Of a stretch of 28,108 bases of DNA, positions 1-9,146 are shown piece by piece. The stretch spans positions 1 to 28,108 of the forward strand of contig JBJFAQ010000066.1 in assembly GCA_051887995.1 (NCBI GenBank), written 5' to 3'. Source of the DNA: Eubacteriales bacterium. Its GTDB lineage: Bacteria > Bacillota > Clostridia > Oscillospirales > CAG-272. The notes beneath the pieces are model-generated. The model worked only from the letters and a program-made list of their open reading frames with translations. It made no database searches and had not been told where the DNA came from. The first letter of the stretch is position 1, and each line of letters starts with the position of its first letter. The position numbers were made by a program, and so were the translations under genes.

Positions 1-15
1 GACAGCGACGTGGAT

Positions 16-1461
16 TTAGCGCACATCGCCGCCTGACGAATTATCGCCACGCCTATCGATTCCGGGGATTTCATGCTGCTGGGATATCCAATCAGCGAGA
101 TTGGCTTGCTCGCGCTCTGGATCGTCCTCGCGGGCATTCTTGTCGGCATCCTGGCCGGTCTGTTCGGCATTGGTCAGTATCTTCTCGATCTCGGGGTACA
201 TACGTTCATGCAGATGCGCCATATCAAGGCAGACCTCTTGCGCCTTCTCCGAAAGATGACGCCAAGGCAGAGACGAGAACTGCACCATCGGGAAGAGTGC
301 GGAGCACTCCGCCATGCGCAGGAACAGCTCCTCATCATGCTTTCCGTATACGAATGCCGTCCATTCGCCGCCGCCTACCATGTCGGGGCAGATAAACGGG
401 CTTCCGATGAGTCCGGCAAAGCAGCCGTGAGGAATGAGACAATCAAGGCCGTTGCCCTTCCATGCGTGATTTTTATCGACAAGGCGCTGTATAACGGCTT
501 TTCCGCCCTGCTTCCATGTGTCCTTGACCTCATGGAAACGGTAAGTCGAAGCAAAGTTTATCCACGCGATGTTAAGCTCGGCAAGGGAAACTCCTCCGTA
601 AAATTCCGTGCCGTTTATGAAGGTCGAGGGGTTGTACGCGCCGCCGTCGAACTTGAAACCGTCAAACCCGTATTTTTCCATGAGCGCGTCGAGCTGGTCG
701 CCCATGTGCGCCCTGTCAGCGGGGAGAGTAAAGTTGTGGATAGCGCCGAAGCCGCTCCACCAGTGCTGAATCGAAACGTCTCCGTCCTTGTTGCGGAGCA
801 GGCAGTCAAGCTTTTTCGCGCCCGCAACGTTTTCGGAGGAGCGCTCCGCGCAAAGCTCAAGGAAGGGATCTCCCTCGGGGCAGATAAACGGGCTGACCCA
901 GATAAGAACGATAAAGCCGAGCGAGTGAAGCTCATCCACCATTGCCTTGGGGTCCGGTATAAGGTCGTGATTGAACTCCCATACGCCCTGCGCCTTCTGC
1001 CAGCCGCCGTCTATCATAAGGATTCCGGGGGTATAGCCGTGCTCGACGATTTCGTGCGCGTATTTCAGGATATCTTTTTGGTTCTGATTCTTGATAAGCT
1101 CCATCCAGGTGTTGAACTGAGGGTGCTCATAGAACTCACGCGGGGTATGTGTTCCCTCCGCAAAGGGGAAATGCGCTTTCATTGCGGCAAGATATGCGTC
1201 GCGCAGAGTGCTTCCCGCTTCCACAAGCGTGACGGGGTATTCCGACTCGACGGAAACCGCGCCGCGGTCAAAGGAAATGATAAAAGGCTCCTCGCTCCAG
1301 AGGTATCTTCCCTTGCTTGAAAGGAACAGCGGTGCGGTCTGGGTACGCTTATCGCGCAGCAAATCGACCTTGTAAACGGATTCCGAGCCGAAAGGCATTT
1401 TTTCGGCGTCTTTTATTGTACCGCCCCACCAATATTCATCTTTAAGAAGCTGAAATTTCAT
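16..1461 (-). CDS. Glycoside hydrolase family 31 (MYORG/NET37-like branch, possible alpha-galactosidase). The native 3' end appears lost; codons below about position 154 are probably non-native.
   Basis: Motifs HPQFNTWMEL, GILMIDGGWQ, GFKFDGG (nucleophile Asp), CPDMVGGG (acid/base Asp), MVQFSSLPW. AGGAG RBS at 1468-1472. Family similarity stops after ILTNAEQTG, where an EPI-type segment and the C-terminal beta-sandwich are expected. Confidence 0.85.
   Translation of the reverse strand: MKFQLLKDEYWWGGTIKDAEKMPFGSESVYKVDLLRDKRTQTAPLFLSSKGRYLWSEEPFIISFDRGAVSVESEYPVTLVEAGSTLRDAYLAAMKAHFPFAEGTHTPREFYEHPQFNTWMELIKNQNQKDILKYAHEIVEHGYTPGILMIDGGWQKAQGVWEFNHDLIPDPKAMVDELHSLGFIVLIWVSPFICPEGDPFLELCAERSSENVAGAKKLDCLLRNKDGDVSIQHWWSGFGAIHNFTLPADRAHMGDQLDALMEKYGFDGFKFDGGAYNPSTFINGTEFYGGVSLAELNIAWINFASTYRFHEVKDTWKQGGKAVIQRLVDKNHAWKGNGLDCLIPHGCFAGLIGSPFICPDMVGGGEWTAFVYGKHDEELFLRMAECSALFPMVQFSSLPWRHLSEKAQEVCLDMAHLHERMYPEIEKILTNAEQTGQDADKNAREDDPEREQANLADWISQQHEIPGIDRRGDNSSGGDVR
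73..174 (+). other. 5' fragment of a TauE/SafE (sulfite exporter)-family membrane protein gene, apparently foreign to the rest of the window
   Basis: CCGGGG RBS-like element before ATG 73. Translation MLLGYPISEIGLLALWIVLAGILVGILAGLFGIG is a hydrophobic helix ending in the GxxAGLFGIG(GG) motif typical of TauE/SafE N-termini. After 174 the frame is just the antisense of the GH31 gene. Confidence 0.55.
383..894. repeat. Exact 20-nt direct repeat TCGGGGCAGATAAACGGGCT, copies at 383-402 and 875-894, inside the GH31 gene
   Basis: Read directly from the sequence. Copies are 492 nt apart and in frame; both encode SPFICP on the minus strand. Confidence 0.9.
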
Positions 1462-1487
1462 TTTTTTCTCCTGTGTATTATAAAAAA

Positions 1488-3578
<2,091 letters not shown>

Positions 3579-3618
3579 AGCATCACCTCTCAAAGATAAA
3601 ATAAAGCGGCAGGACAGT

Positions 3619-3652
3619 AAAAGCGCCGCAGAAAAGACCCTTTCCGCGGCGC
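3619..3652 (-). terminator. Terminator-like hairpin inside the glnA 5' leader (candidate attenuator)
   Basis: The mRNA reads GCGCCGCGGAAAG-GGUC-UUUUCUGCGGCGC-UUUU: a 13-bp stem with two G-U pairs that form only on the minus strand. It lies between the promoter and the RBS. Confidence 0.7.
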
Positions 3653-3668
3653 ACTGTGTCTTTGCCCC

Positions 3669-3697
3669 ATTATAACCGACCTTTTCCTTTTTGTCAA
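3669..3697 (-). promoter_or_regulatory. SigmaA/sigma70 consensus promoter of glnA
   Basis: TTGACA (3692-3697), 17-nt spacer, TATAAT (3669-3674); perfect consensus. Confidence 0.85.
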
Positions 3698-3883
3698 GGG
3701 TTTTAAAGCAAAAAAGAATGTCTTTCGCACCCCGAATATCCTTTATTTCAGCATATTTCGCGCCGCAATCGAGCCGCCCTTTGTTTCTTCCGCTCTCCTG
3801 TGCCTTATGCCTTGCTTCAAACGGCGCTTTTTACCCTTTTCAAGCGTCTTTCGGGACAAAATCCCGTTTTTTTCTCAAAACAG

Positions 3884-3912
3884 GTGACAAATCCGGATTT
3901 CTCTGTTAAAAT
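3884..3912 (+). promoter_or_regulatory. Probable sigmaA promoter of the O-antigen-ligase-family gene
   Basis: GTGACA (3884-3889), 17-nt spacer, TAAAAT (3907-3912). The palindrome AAATCCGGATTT (3889-3900) lies mostly in the spacer. Confidence 0.55.
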
Positions 3913-3944
3913 ATAATTATAATTTTGCCGCGGAGGGGAAAAGC

Positions 3945-5282
3945 ATGAAAAAAACGCCTGTGAAAGCAAAAAAAGGAAAAACAGGTATTCTGCCGATACT
4001 TACCTCGGCATACCTTCTTGTCATCTCGACCTTTTTTCTTCTATGGACCGGAACCGAAGGCTACGGCGCGATTTCAGAGGCAAAATTCAAAGCCTTTGCC
4101 GCCATAAGCGGCGCATATATCATCATTTTTTTGCTTGCCTGCGCCGAGCTTCTTCTCATCGGAGAAGCAAAGCCGAAAAAATTTCGTGAGCTTTTTGCCT
4201 TTTTTACATGGCCTGACCGCATCGCGCTTGTATACCTTTTTTTCGTGTGGCTCTCCGCCCTCGTCTCTCCCCATTTTCCCTCCACCGTCATAGGCGCCGG
4301 AAGATACGACGGGGCGCTTACCGCGTCGCTCTTTGTCATTGTGTTCATTCTCGTATCGCACACGGGGCGCGCAGACAAGCTCCTTATCGGCGCTTTTGCC
4401 TCAGCCGTCACACTCCAGAATTTTATCGCTCTGCTTCAGCTCGCGGGCAAAAATCCGCTCGGACTTTACCCCGACGGCATGACATATTATGACGCGGGAA
4501 CACTTTATGCAAACGCCCAACTCGGAACAATAGGAAACACAGACCTTCTCGCCGCATTTTTCTGCGTCGCGATTCCGGTATTTTTTTTCCTTATCGTAAA
4601 AGGAAGGGGCTTGACGCGGTTTCTGCTTCTCATTCCGCTCCTTTCCTCAATTGCGGTGCTCGCCTTTATGCACGTACTGCTCGGCTATGCGGGCGTTCTT
4701 CTCGGAACTGTCGCCGTGCTTCCTTTTGCCCTGCCGAAAAGACTTAGAAAGTTTGCGGTGCTGTTTCTTTTCGCATTTTTTGTCGTCGCGGCAGTGCTTA
4801 TATTCTTTTTCGACGCCGGAAGCGGCGTTTTACATGAAGCGCATGAGATACTGCACGGCAGAATAAGCGAAAGCTTCGGTTCGGGCAGGATTCGCATATG
4901 GAGAGAGGTCATTTCAAGAACGCCTTCTCATATTCTCCTCGGGCACGGTCCCGATACGCTTATTTTTTCAGACATTGCCCCCTTTACGCGCACAGACGCG
5001 GAAACGGGAATCGTTATAGAAGCCGTAATCGACGCGGCACATAATGAGTATCTGAACATTCTTTACGGCTCGGGAATCTTCGCCCTTGCCGCATATATCG
5101 GACTTATAATATCGGCGCTTGTCTCTTTCCTCGGAAGAAAAGAAAAAAGCCCCGCCGACCTTGCGGCGGCGGGCGGCGTTCTTTCCTACGCCGTATGCGC
5201 CATCTTCGGCATAAGCGCCTGCGCGTCCACTCCATTTTTCTTTATCTGTCTTGCATATCTTGCGCAGTGCGCGAAAAAATAA
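3945..5282 (+). CDS. O-antigen ligase (Wzy_C/WaaL-like) family polytopic membrane protein
   Basis: Many hydrophobic helices. Motifs GTIGNTDLLAAF, SFGSGRIRIW, LLGHGPDT and DAAHNEYLNILYGSG (conserved Arg and His of the extracellular loop). GGAGGGG RBS. Confidence 0.85.
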   Translation: MKKTPVKAKKGKTGILPILTSAYLLVISTFFLLWTGTEGYGAISEAKFKAFAAISGAYIIIFLLACAELLLIGEAKPKKFRELFAFFTWPDRIALVYLFFVWLSALVSPHFPSTVIGAGRYDGALTASLFVIVFILVSHTGRADKLLIGAFASAVTLQNFIALLQLAGKNPLGLYPDGMTYYDAGTLYANAQLGTIGNTDLLAAFFCVAIPVFFFLIVKGRGLTRFLLLIPLLSSIAVLAFMHVLLGYAGVLLGTVAVLPFALPKRLRKFAVLFLFAFFVVAAVLIFFFDAGSGVLHEAHEILHGRISESFGSGRIRIWREVISRTPSHILLGHGPDTLIFSDIAPFTRTDAETGIVIEAVIDAAHNEYLNILYGSGIFALAAYIGLIISALVSFLGRKEKSPADLAAAGGVLSYAVCAIFGISACASTPFFFICLAYLAQCAKK

Positions 5283-5284
5283 GC

Positions 5285-5326
5285 AATTGCCTCTCCGCCG
5301 TTTTAAAGCGCGGAGAGGCAATTTTT
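5285..5326. terminator. Rho-independent terminator between convergent genes
   Basis: AATTGCCTCTCCGC (5285-5298) and GCGGAGAGGCAATT (5310-5323) form a perfect 14-bp inverted repeat, followed by a T run on the plus strand. Confidence 0.85.
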
Positions 5327-5329
5327 CCG

Positions 5330-6196
5330 TCAGATATATTTTTCGAGATTTGCTTTTCCTCTTGCGATTCCGCAGAGGCAGTCCTCGCTTCCCTCATATT
5401 CAACGGTGACAAATCCGTTATACCCCGCTCTTTTAAGAATGGCAAGGCACCGGGCAACCGGAATGTCTCCCTCTCCGATAACACAGCCGCAAAGCAGATT
5501 GCAGCCGCGCGAAATAATTCCCTGCGCCTCGGTATATTCGCCAAACGGAGTAATCTTAAAATCCTTTGCATGAACGTGAAAAGCATATGGTGCAAGGCGG
5601 GAAACGGCAGAGGCGGAATCCTCGTCGGCACAGGCAAAATTGCCGATGTCAACAAGAAGCCCGTAGTTTTCATGCGCCACGGCACTTAAAAGGCGTTCAA
5701 CGCGGTCGCTGTCCTGCGCGACGTATCCGTGGTTTTCACTGCATGTGCGAATACCTTTTCCGAGCGCATATTCCGTTATCTGACGTGCGCTCTGCGCAAT
5801 TACAGACAGCATTGCGTCAAAACTGCGCACCCTCCCGCCGTGGCAGACGGAATAGCATACGTCATGTCTCACAAGAGGAGCGCCGAGCAAAGAAGCAATG
5901 TCAATCTCACGGCACACCCTCTCGACTTCCGCCGTACATTCTTCTGCACTTTCATGGTAAAGATTGGCTCCTACGTCATACGCGACAATGCTTATGCCGT
6001 ATTTTTCCGCTTCCCTGCGTATCTTTTCGGCAAAGTCAAGCCTTTCTTCATACGCCGCATCCTCACGCGGTCTTATCTCGGTAAATTCTATTCCCTCAAA
6101 ACCGGATTCTGCCGCCTTTTTCACAATATCAAGCTGCGTGAGCCTGCCGTCTCTCAGATACTGACTGTATGAATATGAAGAAACGGAAATTTTCAT
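5330..6196 (-). CDS. Sugar phosphate isomerase/epimerase family protein (xylose-isomerase-like TIM barrel, AP_endonuc_2)
   Basis: GFEGIEF, SENHG, DIGNF, HVHAKD, GEGDIP and VTVEYEG metal-binding motifs. Overlaps the stop of the Gfo/Idh/MocA gene by 4 nt (ATGA). Confidence 0.9.
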   Translation of the reverse strand: MKISVSSYSYSQYLRDGRLTQLDIVKKAAESGFEGIEFTEIRPREDAAYEERLDFAEKIRREAEKYGISIVAYDVGANLYHESAEECTAEVERVCREIDIASLLGAPLVRHDVCYSVCHGGRVRSFDAMLSVIAQSARQITEYALGKGIRTCSENHGYVAQDSDRVERLLSAVAHENYGLLVDIGNFACADEDSASAVSRLAPYAFHVHAKDFKITPFGEYTEAQGIISRGCNLLCGCVIGEGDIPVARCLAILKRAGYNGFVTVEYEGSEDCLCGIARGKANLEKYI

Positions 6197-7254
6197 CTCA
6201 AAGCGACCTCATGCCCCGTCTCCGCCGACGCATAAACAGACGTGAGAATACGCATAAGCTCCACTCCGTCCTCGGCGGGACATATGCACTCTGCGCCTGT
6301 ACGTATGCAGTCCGCAAAATGGTCTATCTCCCTTTGAAATATCTTTTCAAAGTGCATTGACGCGTCGGCAATTACCTTCACATCGGTCATATAACCGTTT
6401 GCTTCGGTAAAAAACCTGAGTTCGCCGTCAAGGCAAAGCCCGGCTTTGTCGCCGAAAAGCTGTATCTTTCCCTCGTCCTTTTCGGTGTTGAGACTGAAGC
6501 TGGTCTCAATCTGAAGCGTTGCGCCGTTGTCAAATCTCACCATTGCCGACGCAAGGTCCTCCACGTCGCAGATGTCATGAGCCGTTGCACTGCGGCTGAC
6601 ATATCCCTTCGGGGTCTTTATATTGTTTCTTGCAAAGAGCTTCTGATATGTGCTTCCGTATACGGACGTCGCATGAGGATTTCCCATGACGCAGCGCACA
6701 AAGTCAATGACGTGCACGCCAAGGTCGATAAGAGGTCCTCCGCCCGAGCGCGCCTTCTCCCCAAACCAACCTCCGGGATTTCCGTTGCGACGCAGATATG
6801 TAGCCTTTGCATAATATAGGTCGCCGAAATAGCCCTTTTCCGCATAGTCGCGGATTATCTTCATGTCGTCTCCGAAGCGGCGCACAAAGCCTATCATAAG
6901 CAGCTTTCCGTTACGCTCCGCCGCCTCTTTCATTCTCTCGGCGTCCTCGAGCGTCGTTGCCATCGGCTTCTCGCAGAGCACGTGCTTTCCGGCGTCAAGC
7001 GCCTTTATCGTACACTCGGCGTGCGCGCTGTTCCAGGTGCAGACGCTCAAAGCGTCAAGCTCCGTTAACCTTAACATCTCGTCAAGATTTGTGTAAAGGC
7101 GGGTAATTCCAAACTCCTCTCCCGCTTCCTTAAGTCTCCCCTCGTCTATGTCGCAGAATGCATATACCTCCGTATTCGGATTGCAAAGGTACGATTTTAT
7201 GTGGTGACGGGCGATGTTTCCGGTTCCGATTATGCCGATTTTTATTTTTTCCAT
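6193..7254 (-). CDS. Gfo/Idh/MocA family NAD(P)-dependent oxidoreductase
   Basis: Rossmann motif IGIIGTGNIA, HVLCEKPMA, and GGGPLIDLGVHVID (catalytic DxGxH). Confidence 0.95.
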   Translation of the reverse strand: MEKIKIGIIGTGNIARHHIKSYLCNPNTEVYAFCDIDEGRLKEAGEEFGITRLYTNLDEMLRLTELDALSVCTWNSAHAECTIKALDAGKHVLCEKPMATTLEDAERMKEAAERNGKLLMIGFVRRFGDDMKIIRDYAEKGYFGDLYYAKATYLRRNGNPGGWFGEKARSGGGPLIDLGVHVIDFVRCVMGNPHATSVYGSTYQKLFARNNIKTPKGYVSRSATAHDICDVEDLASAMVRFDNGATLQIETSFSLNTEKDEGKIQLFGDKAGLCLDGELRFFTEANGYMTDVKVIADASMHFEKIFQREIDHFADCIRTGAECICPAEDGVELMRILTSVYASAETGHEVALR

Positions 7255-7268
7255 GTCCTTTTCCTCCG

Positions 7269-8120
7269 TTATCTTCCGATTTTATCTTTGAGAAAGCCGA
7301 CGGCGGTACGAATATCCTGCTCAGGATTGCTTCCGACCTCGCGCTCTATCGTGAGAAAGCCGTGGTATCCTATATCGTCAAGCGCCGCAAGGTACGAATC
7401 AAAATCAACGCTTCCCTCTCCGAGCGGCACTTCACGGAAAAATGTCTCGCCGCGCAGCTCCGGAGGAATCTCGGAAATTTTATATATATATTCGGGATTT
7501 GTGCGTTTCAGCATCACCCCGTCCTTTGCGTGCGTGTGAACGATATAGCCTCCGAGAGTACGAACAGCCTCCGCCGGGTCGTCGCCGACCACCATCACAA
7601 GGTTCGCCGGGTCAAAGTTTACCGAAACTCCCTTTGAGCCGAGCGAATCGAGAAAGGCGCGCAATGTTTTTGCCTCCTCAGGTCCCGTTTCAACGGCAAA
7701 ACGCGCGCCGACGCCGTCGGCGTATTCGGCAAGAGCACGGCACGCCTCCTGCATGATTTTGTAGCGCTCATGCTCAGGCTCTGACGGAACAACGCCGATG
7801 TGGGTTGTGACAATGTTCGAGCCAAGTTCAAGCGCAAGGTCCACAATGCGCTTTGATTTTTCAATGTTTTCCGCATTGCGCGCGCGGTCTCCGAATCCCT
7901 GCCCGAGATCTCCGCATATCGCGGAAAAAACAAGCCCGTTTTCTCTTACCGTGCGGATAAGAGCCCTTTTTCGCTCCGCCGTCATCGTCCACGGCGAGTT
8001 CTCACCGCGGCTTGCATACATTTGTACGCCCTGCGCGCCTACTTCGGCTGCCTTTCTGATTCCGTCAAGGGTATCGAGCCTGAATGACTCCGCCATCGCG
8101 CCGATTTTAAAATCATACAT
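7269..8120 (-). CDS. Sugar phosphate isomerase/epimerase family protein (xylose-isomerase-like TIM barrel)
   Basis: AVETGPE, NFDPANL, HTHAKDG, PLGEGSVDF and LTIERE motifs. AAAGGA RBS upstream. Confidence 0.9.
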   Translation of the reverse strand: MYDFKIGAMAESFRLDTLDGIRKAAEVGAQGVQMYASRGENSPWTMTAERKRALIRTVRENGLVFSAICGDLGQGFGDRARNAENIEKSKRIVDLALELGSNIVTTHIGVVPSEPEHERYKIMQEACRALAEYADGVGARFAVETGPEEAKTLRAFLDSLGSKGVSVNFDPANLVMVVGDDPAEAVRTLGGYIVHTHAKDGVMLKRTNPEYIYKISEIPPELRGETFFREVPLGEGSVDFDSYLAALDDIGYHGFLTIEREVGSNPEQDIRTAVGFLKDKIGR

Positions 8121-8152
8121 GACGCAAAATCCTTTCTTTATATAAAAAAATA

Positions 8153-8181
8153 TTGCAAAATTGCCCTGAACCTGTTATAAT
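8153..8181 (+). promoter_or_regulatory. SigmaA-type promoter pointing toward the first AraC gene
   Basis: TTGCAA (8153-8158), 17-nt spacer, TATAAT (8176-8181) with extended -10 TG. An alternative TGcTATAAT lies at 8245-8253. Confidence 0.55.
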
Positions 8182-8205
8182 CGGTTTAAAGGTGCTTTTA
8201 AGTTA

Positions 8206-8269
8206 ATTTTAAGGCGATTTTCCCTAAAATTCAAGCAATAAAATTGCTATAATTTAACACAATATTGCT
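8206..8269 (-). promoter_or_regulatory. Promoter of the TIM-Gfo-TIM operon with tandem AraC-type half-sites
   Basis: TTGAAT (8229-8234), 17-nt spacer, TAAAAT (8206-8211). AGCAAT occurs at 8243-8248 and 8264-8269, 21 bp apart, just upstream of the -35. Confidence 0.55.
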
Positions 8270-8290
8270 TTATAAAGCAGAGAGGAAAAA

Positions 8291-9127
8291 ATGGAACAAT
8301 ACCTACCCGCCTCAGAGAGAGAAATCATCGAAATACACAAATGGAGCGAGCCGCTTCTCCCCTTCATATATCATTACGACACGGTGAGCGCGGGACAGCG
8401 CTACCGCGGAAACTGGCATGACAGCCTTGAGCTGCTCTGCGTCACAAGCGGAAGCGGCATACTGCTCTGCAACCGCCGTCATGTGGAAATAAGCGCAGGG
8501 ATGCTTGCCGTCATCGACTCGGACGCCGTGCATCGCGTAACGAGCGATACGGAAGTGAGCTATCACTGCCTCATAATCTCAAAGCAGTTCTGCGCCGAAA
8601 ACGGAGTGGATATTTCGCGCCTGCATTTCGCGCCGTCCTCGCCCTCATCGGATTTTCTGCCTTTTTTCGACAGAATTTCTCAGCTGTGGAAAACCCCCGA
8701 AACAATATCCAGAATCCCCGAAATAAGAGCGGCGGTGCTCTCGTCTCTTGCCCTGCTCTGCCGCCGCTGCATAATATGCGAGGACGCGCCGCAGGATGCC
8801 CCGTCCGACTTTATCCGCACCGGACTTGACTACATAAACAGGCATTTTACCGAGCCGCTCACGCTCGGAAGTATCTCCGCCGCGGTGGGAATCAGCAAAT
8901 ACTATTTTCTGCGCGAATTTAAAAAGTACACCGACTGTACAGTAACACAGTATCTTAATATGCTACGCTGTGACCTTGCCTCCTCCCTTCTCACAGAGCC
9001 GGGGGCAAAGGTGAGCGCGGTCGCAAAGCAGTGCGGCTTCGACAACGTTTCATATTTTTCAAAAATCTACAAGCGATATATGGGAACACTTCCCTCCGCG
9101 GCAATGCGCGGGGCAAGTCGGGAATAG
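8291..9127 (+). CDS. AraC family transcriptional regulator (cupin sensor plus double HTH)
   Basis: N-terminal NWHDSLELL...DAVHRV cupin. C-terminal ISKYYFLREFKK and VAKQCGFDNVSYFSKIYKRYMGTLPS AraC signature. Confidence 0.95.
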   Translation: MEQYLPASEREIIEIHKWSEPLLPFIYHYDTVSAGQRYRGNWHDSLELLCVTSGSGILLCNRRHVEISAGMLAVIDSDAVHRVTSDTEVSYHCLIISKQFCAENGVDISRLHFAPSSPSSDFLPFFDRISQLWKTPETISRIPEIRAAVLSSLALLCRRCIICEDAPQDAPSDFIRTGLDYINRHFTEPLTLGSISAAVGISKYYFLREFKKYTDCTVTQYLNMLRCDLASSLLTEPGAKVSAVAKQCGFDNVSYFSKIYKRYMGTLPSAAMRGASRE

Positions 9128-9146
9128 ACTGACGCAAAAAGAAGGC

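Noticed and set aside
175-1320. Remainder of the 415-aa plus-strand ORF (73..1320)
   Set aside because: After residue 34 it is the codon-aligned antisense shadow of the GH31 gene and has no recognisable motifs.
3600-3720. Canonical GlnR/TnrA box or ANTAR double-hairpin motif at glnA
   Set aside because: TGTCA at 3692 lacks the TNACA half-site. GGCAAAGAC resembles an ANTAR loop but has no closing stem or second hairpin and mostly lies upstream of the expected TSS.
3852-3873. Small hairpin CGGGA-CAAAA-TCCCG followed by T7
   Set aside because: Only a 5-bp stem, and no convincing plus-strand promoter or ORF upstream. At most an insulator, so not enough support for an sRNA.
4237-4588. T7 and T8 homopolymers in the O-antigen-ligase-family gene as phase-variation tracts
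   Set aside because: Short, in frame, and explained by Phe-rich TM segments.
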